64,000 nucleotides of DNA from Chrysomallon squamiferum (Eukaryota > Animalia > Mollusca): positions 1,488,001 through 1,552,000 of the forward strand of contig CM022670.1 in assembly GCA_012295275.1 (NCBI GenBank), read 5' to 3'. The translations under genes and the position numbers were made by a program. Numbering within the stretch: position 1 is the first letter of the stretch; each line of letters begins with the position of its first letter. Under the pieces are notes generated by a model. That model ran no database searches and was not told the origin of the DNA. It worked only from the letters and a program-made list of their open reading frames with translations. Below, piece after piece: positions 46,001 to 60,047 of this stretch.

Positions 46001-49000
46001 TTGTCTGCTACTTGTTAATGGTTGATTAACAGACGTTACTTAGCTTAATTCTTTTTTTTTTTTTTAATTATTATTATAAATATTTCCTTTTTTTTTTTTA
46101 AACAAACATCTGTATTTTATAATTAAAAAAAAGAAAAACAACTTGATTAATAAAGTATATAAAATATTGATCTTTAATAAACAGTAAAAGATACTCAAAA
46201 ATAAAATGGGAATATTCTCAATTTCAGGAGTCTTCCATAAACATTGAAGTCAAGTTACATTCTAAAATATTCTGATGAATTTTGGTAAATTCTAAAATAT
46301 AATAAAAATTCCACATAAATACAGGTATAATATCCGATTTAAATAAATAACTTTTTTTTTTTTCTTTTTCAAGCTTTTTATTTTTTTCACCAAAGTAAAT
46401 CACTTTCAGAGCACTTTTAATAATAACATGTATATTAATTTAATTTATTTAAGATCTTACGATTTGGGCTGATTTAATGCTTAATGTTAATTTTATACCT
46501 TTCCATTTCTAAGAAAAAAGTATTTACTTATTATATTTGGTTTTCTGACTTGCATATTTATATATTTAGATATGTCAATATCATATAAATAATGTATTTA
46601 AAGTCAAGATAAATTATAAAAACACCAAACTGGCATTTTATTTCTAAATATTTCTAGTTATTTATTATAAATATGAAGACGTTCTTCTTGGGGGTTACCA
46701 CTGACTTTGTACATATTGTTTACAATTTTAAATATTTGATTAAATCATTTCATTTGGCTTTTTTAACATATATTTAAAACATTACTAACATTTTCAATTT
46801 ATGTGATTTAGCTTAATTGCAGGGGTTTTACTTCATGTTTGTTTTTTTAAACTAATATTATACATAGTTTTCTTTATTATGATTTTTGTTTTCCTAAATG
46901 TTTTATATTTTCGAATTTTGAACTGCGATTACAAAGATATTTCTAAATGCCTTATTATTTATGGTATTTGAACAATTTTTATAGCCATTATTTAAATGTA
47001 ATTAGTTTGTGTGTGGTTTTAGACTCCCATCCATGTGTGTTTATTTATGTAGCATTTTGTGTTCATATTGCCGTCCACAGTGTCACACGAAGTGTTGCAA
47101 ATTTAAAAAAGAAAGTGTTCAACCTGTATTTACAGTGCTAACAATACAACACAGCCAAGCAGAAAAATATGGGATCAGTCTGGCTTTTTCACAATTTAAG
47201 AATTTTTATATTTCTACATTTGGCATCAATTTCAAAATGATATTCATTTTACACATATTTTTGTAAAATTATCAGACAAAAACTTATTTTTAATAAAAAC
47301 CTTTTTGAATAATTTTTACCAAATTTTTTTTTTTTCTGTAATTAATGCATTGTTGGTGCATCAGTTACGAAAAGAAAAAACCCAGTGCTTTTGCTTCTAA
47401 TAAAAAGAAAGCAAATATAATAACATGCAGTAAAATTTTATTGATCTGTTGTACATATGGTACGGTTTTAAATTTGTAATTTAAAACCTTAATATAAATT
47501 ATTCTAAAATTTTTAACGTTAAACTAAAGATACCTGAAAATAATTACACAAAACAAAAAAGTTAGTTTTCAAAAAACAATTTGTTTTGTAAATCTAAACG
47601 TACTGGGATTTGTTTATTTTAATTTATTTTATTTATGAATGTCACCAAAATGTGTTCAACATGTGTGTATTTGTATCAAGTTCATTTTATATTACATTGC
47701 AAACTGTGATCTCATATAGTTTGTTAAAATATGCATTTTATTATTACTTCTTAAAACAAATTGCTTCTTTATGCTAATTTAAATTAAATTAAACTCTTTG
47801 CTTCTCAAAACATGCTGTTAAAACATACAAAAAAATAAAAAGAAAGGGAAAAAGATAAAAATATTTGTGGATCTATAGAAATTTAAGTAGAATATGAGTG
47901 CTAGAATAGTGTTTTTAATCATTCATTTTAATTTAATATATTATTTTTTTTTTTTTTTTTTTTTGATCCTGCTTCTCTTATTTTGAAATTAGGAAAATTT
48001 ATTCAAAACATACACAGTAATAAATGCACTTTGTTATCTTATGAAGTAATTGCTTTAAATCATAACAAGTTTTAATATTTTGAAGAAGAAAAAAGTAAAC
48101 CAGTTTTTGTTCTGATGAAAAGAGCTGTATTACTATGCATAAATCATTTTAAAAAGTGAAGTTCTGCTTGGCTGTGTCTTCTTCCATTGTTTGAAGAATT
48201 TAACCTATAGATCACAATATTTTTGAAGGTATATGTTATTTAAGTTTTTGAATTTTGTATTTAAATTATAGTTGTATTAATAAATTATTTAACAAGAAAG
48301 ACTTCTGTTTTTATTTTTCTAACACTTACACAAGAAAAAACTACTACACAATGGTATCTCAGCTACCCTCTGGCAGAGAGCTGATAAGACATATTTGTGT
48401 GGATACCACAGGTATAATATAAGTGTTACATATGAGCTGTTCTCTGCCAGAGCCTGGCAGAGGATAAGTCCTATACAAAAGCTTGAATCAAAAACATTAA
48501 AATAAATACAAAACGTAATTTGAAAATGTTCCAACAGATAGCCTACTTTAGATAAACATACTAATATGGGTACCACATTAGTATATTTGTATCAGTTATT
48601 GTTTTCACAGAGTGAGGAGCCAGGTCAAAGGAAGTAATCAACTGACGTGTTTATAGCTTTAATTCGTACTCAAGTTTTTCTGTTTTTCTATACACATCAC
48701 ACTTTCTTAAACTACAAACTTTATATTATGTCGATGCTTCTTTCAAATAAAAGTAAAAATTATTATTAAAACATTCTACCCCCTTATTGCATCTGCAATA
48801 GTTATGACATCACCATTAGAGAAATATTTGACCAAAATTTTGATTATGTAACTTAATTCTTATCTTCTGGTACGGTTTAGCACTCTCTCACATATTAATT
48901 GCGTATAACCATTATATTCTTTTATTAACACATTTCTTTCTTAATCAGGCGGATCCTCGTACCCCAGCCTCAAGAAATGTCCACTGTACTAATCAATCAC

Positions 49001-49953
49001 TGATTGGCAAATAATTTGAAAATTGTATGCAATATTTAATAACAGATTTTTCATTACGTATTATTTATTTCTTACTTTAAATGTTAGCATTCTTACATTC
49101 AAACATTTTCATTACAAACAAAATGAACAAGAAATAAACAAAAGCAACACAATTTAACTGATTATGTAGTTGTTCTTTCAGACTGACAGTGGGCAGTCTG
49201 GATCTATTTTTGTAAATGTACAAGCTTTATTATATTACATTTTATTGATTTAATTTTATTTTATAAAAGGCTGCCTCCTTTCCAAAAATAAATCAGTGCC
49301 ACTCACTGTGCCTGTACTGTGACAAATGAAAGTGATAAATGTTTAAAGGTACATTTTAATATTAATATTTACTGGGTTGAGTCATTCATTTCCAATTTGA
49401 TGACTAGACAGAAGAAACAAAAAACTTTACCATCTAATCTTTATAAATAAGTTATAATAGATGCTTTATCTCTAAAACACTAAAGTGTACATATGCTTTT
49501 GATAACCAGACAGACAGTAGGCTTAGGTAGGCAACAGCTCCATGGGTACCAGTCAGAAGGTTTGATTCATCCAACTATGTAAACATCAGACTTCCCTTGC
49601 AGCCACTTGTCTACAATTTGTCTTTTGGTGATGAGCAGATTTATGCAGCTTTCTGAGAATGAAACTTGCCAGCATTTCCTTCTCTTTTTTTTATACAAAT
49701 TATTGCATACAATAAAAGAGTACACCAGAAACCCTTTCTCTGAACTGTATGGCAGAATTATCATTACTTATTCTGAACTGCTTTAATTGATTTGTTTCAG
49801 TACTGAATTGTATTATTAGTTAAATCTGCTTTAAAATATATCTGTTAACTGTATGAAAAATACTAGATAACTGTATATTTTTTTTTATTATCAATCACAT
49901 GATGACAATATGTAAAAAAATATTGCACTATGTACAAAAGATATTACTCAGTA

Positions 49954-52900
49954 TCAAAGTTCATGGTCATCTGGATGATAGAGTTCACTCAAAAGTCTGT
50001 AAACATAGGATGGTGCATTTCCTCCTCTGAAAGATAAACAATAATAATAACATCTGGTCATAATAATAATAAATAATATCTCTACAATATATTTCACACA
50101 TATTTTGTATCTGAACAGTGAACTGGCATTTATTGTTAAGAAAATGATTTTTCAAAAAATACTTTTTACAGAGTTTTTCTTTAATTTTAATAATTTATAT
50201 TAACTGTCAAATGGTTTAATTATCAGAAAATAATAATAATACACAAATCAATACAAAAAAATACACTAGCTATTACTATTAGGTATCAGACAGATGTAAA
50301 AAAAAAGTGAATTTGTTACTTACATGTTGGATATAAACAGTGTGACTAGTTCTGGTGGAACGTAATCAAATATTGGATTCTGTATGTGCACTTTAGACAG
50401 TATTTCCCCAGCTGAGAACTTCATCACATCGTGTGGACTAACAAATTTGTTGAAGGCATCCTGCAGAATCATACATAATTTTGAGTATTATTACTGACAA
50501 CTGAAAGCATATATTCTCTCTGAATCATTTCCAGATCTAAAATCAGAAGTTATCTGTATTTTTCATTCTTTCTTAACAACAAGGTAATTACAATATCAGA
50601 TAAATTTATTTATGATACAATTTAGTTAGGATTTTGCTTTCTAGTTTACTGTGATTCCAGCAAATGTCTTACCTGATCATATGAGCAAAGGAACTGAGGA
50701 GAAAGCTTGTACATTGCTGCACAGACAATCAGCTGGACAATACAAAGGAGAGGATTAAATTATTATTTTCAAAATGCTGTATATTATACTTTTTAAAGTG
50801 GCAAAAACAAATCTCAAGGTGCAGAGATATAACATAACAAAAATTAAAATAAAAGATAATTACAATTCATAAAATTTACATCATAAATTAACACCAAAAC
50901 TACTAGTAATATTAGTAATATACAACATGTAATGCAATTATTATTACTTACTGGAACTGAATAATGTTTGGCTGCTAAAGCAATAGCATGACTTCCATTG
51001 ATAGCTTTTAGTCTGCAAAAAAAAAAGCATTAATATTAGTATGCCAGTAGACTAACACAAAATATGTTTGAAAAAACCCACTAAAAAAATTGTTATAGTA
51101 TTGGTAAACTGTTGTCCAAATCTGATTAATAAAAATCACACATTTAATATAAGGAAAACTAAACAGTGTAATATTTAGGGTTTGTTCTTCTGATATCTAA
51201 ATCTGGAAAGATGCAAAAGGATGTACCATATTGTAAACTTGTAATTACCTTCAGTGTAATTAAATTTAGAAGGTTCTGCTTATAAAGTTCAGTGTAAAAC
51301 TTCTCTTAATATATATTCTTAAATTATATATAAACCTTAAAATTATAATTATATGTACATGGAAGAGATCATAAGGACATACTGTATTGTAACTGTAAAT
51401 AACATTATAAAAACAATAATTATCTCTAATTTAGAAAGTTCTGTCATAAAAATCCAGTGTAATTAAAATTAATTTTAGTTTTAATATATTAATGATTGTA
51501 CGTGTAATAAATCATGTCTTACTTACCCTCCGTTAGCCATGACAGTGTGTGTACCAATGATAACTTTGTTCACTCGTGACATGATGGCAAACACAGCCGA
51601 ATCAGTGATCACTGTGGTTTCTATGTCCAGTTTGGCTAGACTCACTGCTAGCTCCTGGCCCTATGAACAAAAGTTAAAACCCATCTCACACCAAATAAAA
51701 TAATAATATTGAATAAATATATATTTCACTCTGTCTTTAGATGCTTTTTAGCCAAACCTTATTTTACCTACATGTTCAAGGAATATCAGTTTTATTTCTC
51801 ATACAGTTTTGTTTTTCAACTATTATTAATAATTAAAACATGATCTTTAAAGGAGTAAAACATACGTGAAAGAAAGGAGCACATTCAACCACAATGACCT
51901 GGAACTTTCTTTTTCTTGCAGCATCCTGAAATTAAAACCTTTTATTTAGAAAAATGTTTCAAATTAATATCAAAAAATAATCCAAACATGTCTAACAAAA
52001 GTTACAGTTATAAAGAGAAACAAACAAAACATTTCTTTAAGCTTGGAAAGTTGATCTAATCTAATGGAAAACAAACCTTAAGAAATGCTTGAACAGTGTT
52101 GGACCAACCAGCAGTCATGATAACTTCATTTGAATGTATGTGTTCCAAGGCTTGAGTGGCTATGTTATCAGCACTGAAATAACCATTTATGTACAACGAG
52201 TTTTAACATAAGCTAAATTTTCATAAACTTGTACATCTCAGTACGGTATAAAAAACATTTAAAACATTATAACTAAAAGCATTTTAAATTAATTTATAAT
52301 TAATGACAGGAATATTTTATGCAACTAACCATCTGTTTAAAAAAAAAAAAAAATTGCTGTATTTACCTTGTATCAAGTTCTGTTTTAAGTTCATTTATAG
52401 CTTCAATTATTGATGCCTGAAAAAAAGGATAAAATCAAAAGAATATACTTTTTATCCAGACTGAACTGTTTTGGATCATACAAAAAGTATACATAATTAA
52501 ATATTTCTTTTTATGTGCACTGCTGTTAAAACTAAAATCTTGTTTATTAATTCTATTACTTAAGAAAAAAGATATTAAAAGATATCACACATATACTGCT
52601 TCATTTATTTACAGTACTGAATTATTTATTTATCAGTATCTGTACATTATAAAGAAAGGAGAAGAGAAATGAAAATGTATTTAATACAAAGGTACACTAT
52701 TCAGATGAAAACACAAACTGAAATGGAGCCAATAAAAGAATAATTTTATGTTATGCTAATAGTAAAACAAAACTTTAATAAAATTATATGAAGTGTACAT
52801 CACAGAAACAAATCAAATGTAATGATCACTGTATATAAAAATAATGGGTAAAACAATATTATTTTATAGGTTTTGGGTTTTTTGTTTACCTTTAAAGGTG

Positions 52901-55900
52901 GGAGATAACGAGTGTAGTCATCAATCTGTCCTTCCGCTAAAAGCAATTTCTGAAAAACAAATTAATTAGATGCATCATTTTATAGAAATACCTTTTTAAA
53001 AAACATAAATGTAAATGGTCATTTTGAATTTTCATGTGCACACAGTAACTATCTGTCACTCTAATTTTTGTATTTGATTACAGTTTCAAAGTTAGTTATC
53101 TATAATGACAAAATGTGTACAGATTTCCCTCTTAGACTGATAAAAGTTTGAACAATAATAAATTATTTCAGTCTTTTCAGTGATACCAAGACGTTAGTAA
53201 ATTGCATTTTAACAATTTGATGATATAAAGATGTTTTCATGAAAGACAACTCACATGAAGAGATTCTTGTGGGTCACCTTCTTCAGATCTTCCTCTAGCA
53301 GTACTAAAATAAAATAGGTTTTTAAAAATAAAGATAATATCATAACTAATAAAACATGACCTGCAAATTTGCAGCAAGAAAAGATTTGAATTTAATCATT
53401 AAAATTTAGATTTTTAATTAAATTGTGTAAGACTTTTTCTAATAAACCCGAAACAACCATTAAACATACAGGAGATTAAATAAATGGAAAACTTATTTTA
53501 GTCTTACTAATGATATAAACAAAGCTGCTTACTTTTCACTGATAAATAATTATATACCTGGCATATTCCTCCCTTATGATTTTAAGAACTCGACGCACCA
53601 TATTTCCAATGACAGTTTCAGAAGCATCAGCAGCCATTAATCTTTTCCCTTCATTACGAATTATATCCATCAAGTCTCTGAAAGAATCAGTAACAGAGGA
53701 CCATATCATTTAACTTTGTGAAGACACAATTATCTAATTTATTTGAGTATTAAGGAAAACATATATAAACAAAAACTGCATTACCAAAAAGAGAGTCATA
53801 AATAATGCCTACATTGATAATAACTGAACATAAAAATTATTTTTAATAAGTTGCATTTTCACAAATAATTACATTTTTTTTTGACTTTTTATTAGTTTTG
53901 GTAACTCCATAATTGTGTTGGATTCAGAATAATATGGCTATGAATATAAGAAAAGTATATAGAATCTGTTTTACAAGAATTAAAAAAAAAAAAATCTCAC
54001 TTGGCTGATGACCATTTTGTCTGTGAAATAATGCGAACCAACAATTTGACTGTCTTGCAGGCAATGGTATATGATCCATGCATCTGACTAGAAATGCAAA
54101 ATATATTTAAATAATAACAACAATGCCCTTTGTATTATTTTTTTACTATCTTCTTTTTTAGTCAAAAACAGATTTATTAAACACAAATACTAAAACTAAA
54201 TATAAACCTGAATTAACAATAAAAAAAACAGAAATATTTGAAATTCAAATTTATTTATTTTCTGTGATGTTAGATGATTTCACTCATTTAGGATTTTAAA
54301 CAAATCAAATATATTTCAATTGGTAACCTGTTATAATAGGTTTTCCTTATAATGAAATCTTCCATTGATTGTACATCCATAAGTATACTATCAGAAAAAC
54401 CTTTGTTTGTTTAAATTATAAAATTCATGATAATGCACATTTTAATCACCAAATGAAGTCAGTAGTTGCCTGGTTTATAAATTATGACAATTGTCAGTGA
54501 ATGGGAAAGGCAACATATGTTCACTAATTGACCTAACATAAACAACAGAAAAGGAAGATCTAACCAGCTGTCATTTTCACCTGTGAAATAAATATTTACC
54601 AGTGAAAATACAATCAGGTGTGGCAGGGAGATAGCTATTCAAATCAGTAAACCTATTAACATAGGATAGAATACCTGCATGTAAAATGGATCTGTATTTT
54701 TAAACTAAAATTAATGTTATTTATAAGAGTCCCCCATTTTTCACAGATGATGTAGTAAGAATCAAGACTAAATATGCAAGAAATAATGTAACTTTATTTA
54801 ACAAATACAGCTGTGCAATACTGTATATTGCAAGCTTTAATTGCTTTTATGATTTGCATGTACAGGATTATTCAACAGGTGTGCTTTGAGATCAAGTTTC
54901 ATGAACAATGTGAAAGAATAATCTGAAACTGTAACACACTGCTAGTTGCCAAGTCAGTCATTTTTCCATATTTAGCAGAAAAAAAAAAAACTACTTCAGA
55001 AAAAAAATATTAATCATTTTTCATCAGGACCTATCATCCCAAGTTATGAATGATAGTATTTCATCTTAATTGTTACTTTTAATTGTATTCACATTTTTAA
55101 AATTTATTTTGAACCTTTTTTTTTTTTTTTCAAAATTCAATTTTCTAAAAACATTATTACGCCTAATCATAACATTATACAAATCTCTATCTGCTATCAC
55201 CTTTATTTCAAACCTAATAAAAATAATTGAATTCGTTTTCATCTTTTAATAATAACTCCTGTTAGATAAAATTAATTTTTCATAAAATACTCATTTTACA
55301 TTTATTTTAGCTAAATATTATTTGATGCTTTTACATCTCTTTTACTTAATGTTATCCTGGAAATGTTGTTTCAATAATTCTGTCTTATAAATTAATCTAT
55401 TCATTATTTTATTGTCAGCTAACATAGATTACTTTATGTGATACAGCACTTTTCTACATTTTGGTCAAACTTCCAGAACAGCAGGGAGAACATCTCTCTG
55501 CAGTTAAGTAATGTTTATTTTTCACCTTTCCATAATCCACATACAGAACAAAATAATTGTAAAATTTCTTATTAATTTTACCATGTATTGTGTTTTAACT
55601 GATTTTAGTGTCCAAATCTAACATATAATATTTATAAACTGATTTCATTAATATTGTACATTACAACATAACCATAAGTTGGCATAAAATTAAGAATAAT
55701 TTATCTATGTATTTGCATTATATATCATATCATCTCATAAGCAATTAATACACCATACAATTTATTAATTTTGTACCCAAACAAACAAGATAAAAAAAAA
55801 AAAAAAAAGTAGGGAAAATGGTCAATCATGGCATTTCCTTTAATATTTATTTGGTAAAACTAAAAGAAATAAAAAGAGGCTAACTAAATAAAAACTTACA

Positions 55901-56283
55901 TTAAAGGTTTTGCCACCAATTCATTACATTCTATAATATAACTTGGTAAAAGGGCAATTCAGATGTATATTTTTAGTTAGATGAACAATGCATGTCAGTG
56001 TTAAAATACAGATGTACCAACGTAATAACTGTTTAATGACAAAATTTAAGTTTAAATATGGAAACTATTTCACTCAAAATTATAAAATTTATAAACTAAA
56101 AGTAAAACTTGTGATTTCTAGCGATGGCATCAAACTCCATTATACATGTAATACAGAGATTATAAGAATTAAAGAAAAGTCAACAAACATTTGTGCTTCT
56201 ACACACCTTTGCTTTAATTCACTAATAAATGCCTCGGTACGATCATTTAAGTCGTCTTTTTTGTCACAATCTCCACCTTTCAT
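49954..56283 (-). CDS. EIF2B2: Translation initiation factor eIF2B subunit beta
   Basis: Exons 56283-56207, 54087-54001, 53677-53558, 53303-53255, 52949-52890, 52416-52367, 52173-52077, 51925-51866, 51660-51527, 51012-50952, 50732-50673, 50460-50324, 50026-49954. Motifs [91 protein letters not shown]. Confidence 0.96.
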
Positions 56284-56432
56284 GGTGCAGACGGCAGTTT
56301 CAATGGCGGAAATTAAAATCGTCTGCTGCAACTTCCGGATTGATTTTTATCCAAATAGATGTGTGACACTGTGTGCATAGTTTTACATTGCAGTTATTAG
56401 CTCAAACAACTATTTAGAAATGTTTTTTAAAG
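56284..56432. promoter_or_regulatory. Bidirectional promoter EIF2B2/SETD9 with probable SETD9 non-coding first exon ending at 56432
   Basis: CpG-rich patch directly upstream of the EIF2B2 ATG, with YY1-like CAATGGCGG (about 56301-56309), ETS-like ACTTCCGG (56331-56338) and a plus-strand donor AAAG|GTAATT at 56432/56433. Confidence 0.55.
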
Positions 56433-57190
56433 GTAATTATATTAAGATTTAGGACGATATCTGAGTTCAACGTTCCAAAATTAACAATTAACTTTTGTTT
56501 GTGTTGGTATTGTTTTTTCTTCAACAACAATGCGCTCCCCAACACTTACGAACTTTTATCATAGTTTAACTCTATTAGGGGAAGGGTTTCTGTTGTTTTT
56601 CAAATTAATTAATTAATTTTATTTTTTAATTTTTCTTTACTTAATTTTGCATTAAGGCTTTTTCAAAGGTTTTCTGCCCCATAAATTTTTTTCCACTAAT
56701 CATTAATTTAGAACTTTAGAAACACCCACACCAATTAATATTCTGATTTTGGTTATGATTTTTAAAAAACGACAGAACTTACACACATGCTTGAATAATG
56801 GATAATGCTTGAACTTAAATTTTTTTTCCACTAAATCTATAAACCGGTATCGCACTTCTCAGGTGCTATTTGAAATTCTTTTGGGCCTATCAAATTATAT
56901 ATTTCTAATATTTGTACAAAAGTCTGGACATAATGCTATCTAACCCTAGATATGCTTTATAGTGTTGCCTGTTTTTATTATGGGTTGAGTCATAACAGGT
57001 GACTTATGACTACAGTTTTCCTCTCATAACATTTAACTGGCATCTGTCATCACTAATATTAAAATAATAACATGTCATCAGCATTCTTCAGTACATTCAT
57101 TCATTCTTTCTCGAAAACATCTGTTGAACCCTGTACTTTCATGGTTAGTTATGTTTATTTTATACTTATAGATATGATGATTCCCAAAGA

Positions 57191-60047
57191 ATGATAAAGT
57201 GGATTTCCAAGAAATGGAACCAGTATAAATATCGGTTTGTTCCTTGGATTGCTTTCAACTTAAAAGACAGGTAAGAACTCATTAAAAATTAATCTGTCAT
57301 TGATTTCTTCCAATATAATATTTTTATCCTTTGTCATAATGACAGGTTAGTCATAAGTTAAATATAATAATAATTTTGAAACTTAAAAAATGTATTTAGA
57401 CCATCAAAAGTATGTTTAACTTATAAATAATACGTACTTATATAAATTCAGTTATATTTATATTTCATCAATAGTTACTTTTTGACTTCTTTTTTTTTAC
57501 CATTGTAATTTAATCATTAAATGATTCATAATTAGAAACAGTTAAAATAATTCAAGCAAATTGTTAACTATGCTAAATTTTCAGTGTTGTTCACCATGTA
57601 AGTGAATATTTTTAAAGATGGTTCATTCTTGTTTTCTTTTTATTCTTTTTTCAGAACTGTCAGATTTGTCCCAAATAAAGATGACAAGGTCATATCAGCT
57701 GATAAAATCAACAAATTTTTGTTACAGTTTTTTTCCAGATTACAAACATCTTCTGGAAATAAAAACAAAAATGAAAGTATTTCCTTCACCAATAACATGA
57801 ATCCTAACAACACAGATCTAGGCAGTAACTGTCAGAATTACAAATCATTAATAAATGAAGATATTCCTCTGATTGTGTACAGGACAAACTTAAGAATTAT
57901 GAAGGAGTTTTGTGGTTTTACTATTGAAAGAGACAAAACAGTACTTGACGGTGGAGGACTTGGTGTCAAAGTCAGTTCTGGCATCATTCCGTCAAATACC
58001 ATCGTGGCTATGTATCCAGGTAATTTCCACTCTTCCCAGAAAACATTACTATAATTATGTGTCAAAACAAATGAACTTAATAACACTATTTAAGTATTTA
58101 TAAGTAGCTGGGTTTAACATCATGTAGCTGATCCATTAAAACATATTTCAGTTATGGCAGTTTACAACAGCAACAGGCTTCAGTTTTTTCAAATTATGAA
58201 TTTATTTATTTATAAAATGCAGTTATTGATATTGCTATAATGTCTTTACATTTTGAATTTTTTTGTGAAATGTTATCACAATTATTTGATACTGCTACAA
58301 TTTCTTCTGATTTTGAATTTATGTAGTATTTGTGAAATGGCTATACAGTTATTTGTTATTTGTTACAAGAAGCTATATTTATTAATGCAGCATTTTGTCT
58401 GTTCACAGGAACCATCTACAAGCAATATGAACCATTATTTTTCCAAAGTTTATCAAATCCATTTATCTTCCGGTGTATTGATGGTATTCACATTGATGGT
58501 AATGACAAAAATCTCTCTAAATTTCTATACAGGTAATCCATAGTACATATTTTACATAATGCTAAGTCCTGAAAATCACCTGAACTTTATTATTTTTTTT
58601 TTTTTCATTATAAAGCAATGGCTTTTTAACAATCATTAAAAAAAAAAAAAAAAAGCTTTGAATCTGTCACTTTAAAAAAAGATAGAGAAAAAACACTTTA
58701 ATTAGTTGATAAAGGGAAGTAACATTTCTGAATTTGTGTTCCAGTAATGATAAGATCATTTTCGACATTATGTTAATTTAATTTAAAACCTAGGGACTTC
58801 AATAGTTACATTTAAAAAAATACACTATATAGGTAATTTAATATTTTTTTTCTTCCTCCATAGATCATGTAGTCAGAGAGATCGGGTTGGACCATATCAG
58901 ATATGTGATTCATCATGGCTGACACCTCATCCTGTAAATCCACTAGCTGTTGGGCAGTATGTCAACAATCAGTCTAAAAGTGAGGATTAACAATTAAGTA
59001 TCAAAATCTTTGTGTGGACAAATTATTAATTCAGGATAAGAAATTGAGAAATAATAACAATAATAATGATAATAATAATAATAATAATAATAATATATAT
59101 ATATATATATTAATTTGACCTTGAAAAATGTATTTATTCTGAAGAATATTCCTGGTTGTATTTTTATAATCAACATACTAATGTATGATCAGATACACAT
59201 TTAAACACACATCAATAAATGTAGATATAGTTTTAATCTTGATAACAAATTTTTTGAAAACACAGTCTTTATTTTTTTTATACACACATATATTTTTTAA
59301 ATTTAATTAAATTTAATTTAATTTTATTATTATTATTTTTTAAGGATTCCCAGCCAATGTGGTATACCAGGAATTTGACGTCCCTGTGGACTGGCCCATA
59401 CAGTTAAGACAGTTTATACCAAATGTCTATTACAGCTCAGTGATAGACGATCTCATCACAGAGACCAGGTTTGTGAATTATTGTTTCTTAATGATTAAAA
59501 CAAAATGTAAATAGGATTATTTTTCTGTCTGTTCATTCATTATTGCGTGGTACATTTATTCATCCCTTTCATAAGGTATTAATGGCTGATGATTTATAAA
59601 ATAATTTTGTAGGGATGAGTGTTCATCTCAGACAGTGCTTAGAAGGAAGTGATTTTTAAAAAGTTATTAAAGTTGTGTTTTTTTTATATAGAGAGTCTGA
59701 GTCTGGATGTAGAGATGATGTAATAATCTGTCATGTTGACTTTCAGAAAAAGGGATAAAACTTTTAAAATGAAATGAGTTTTGTTAGAGTAAAAATAAAT
59801 CAATTTTTTTTGGCAGTATAGAGGAATCATATGTCAGTTGTCAAATATGAACAATGTTTAGGTTCAGATATAGCACAAAATATATAAATATTTATGTGAA
59901 ATGTATTTTTAAAACATAAAGTAATTAGAAGAATACTTTTTGAAACATTTTATTTTCAGATTAACCCGAGTGGTGGTTTTAGTTTCTTTAAGAACTATTC
60001 ACTGTGGAGAAGAACTTTTTTCTACATATTTCACACTGGTTCACTGA
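57191..60047 (+). CDS. SETD9: SET domain-containing protein 9 (C5orf35-like)
   Basis: Exons 57191-57270, 57655-58019, 58409-58532, 58864-58979, 59345-59468, 59960-60047. Motifs W..YKYRFVPWIA.NL, VAMYPGTIY, FFQSLSNPFIFRCIDG.HIDGND, NPLAVGQYVNN, ANV.YQEFDVP, LRQFIPNV, VVLVSLR.I..GEELFSTY. Confidence 0.93.

Noticed and set aside
49628-49743. GTGATGA...CTGA pair resembling a C/D snoRNA
   Set aside because: Not intronic on that strand, no convincing terminal stem, irregular spacing.
55988-56380. 130-aa plus-strand ORF
   Set aside because: Antisense to EIF2B2 exon 1 and its promoter; no recognisable motifs.
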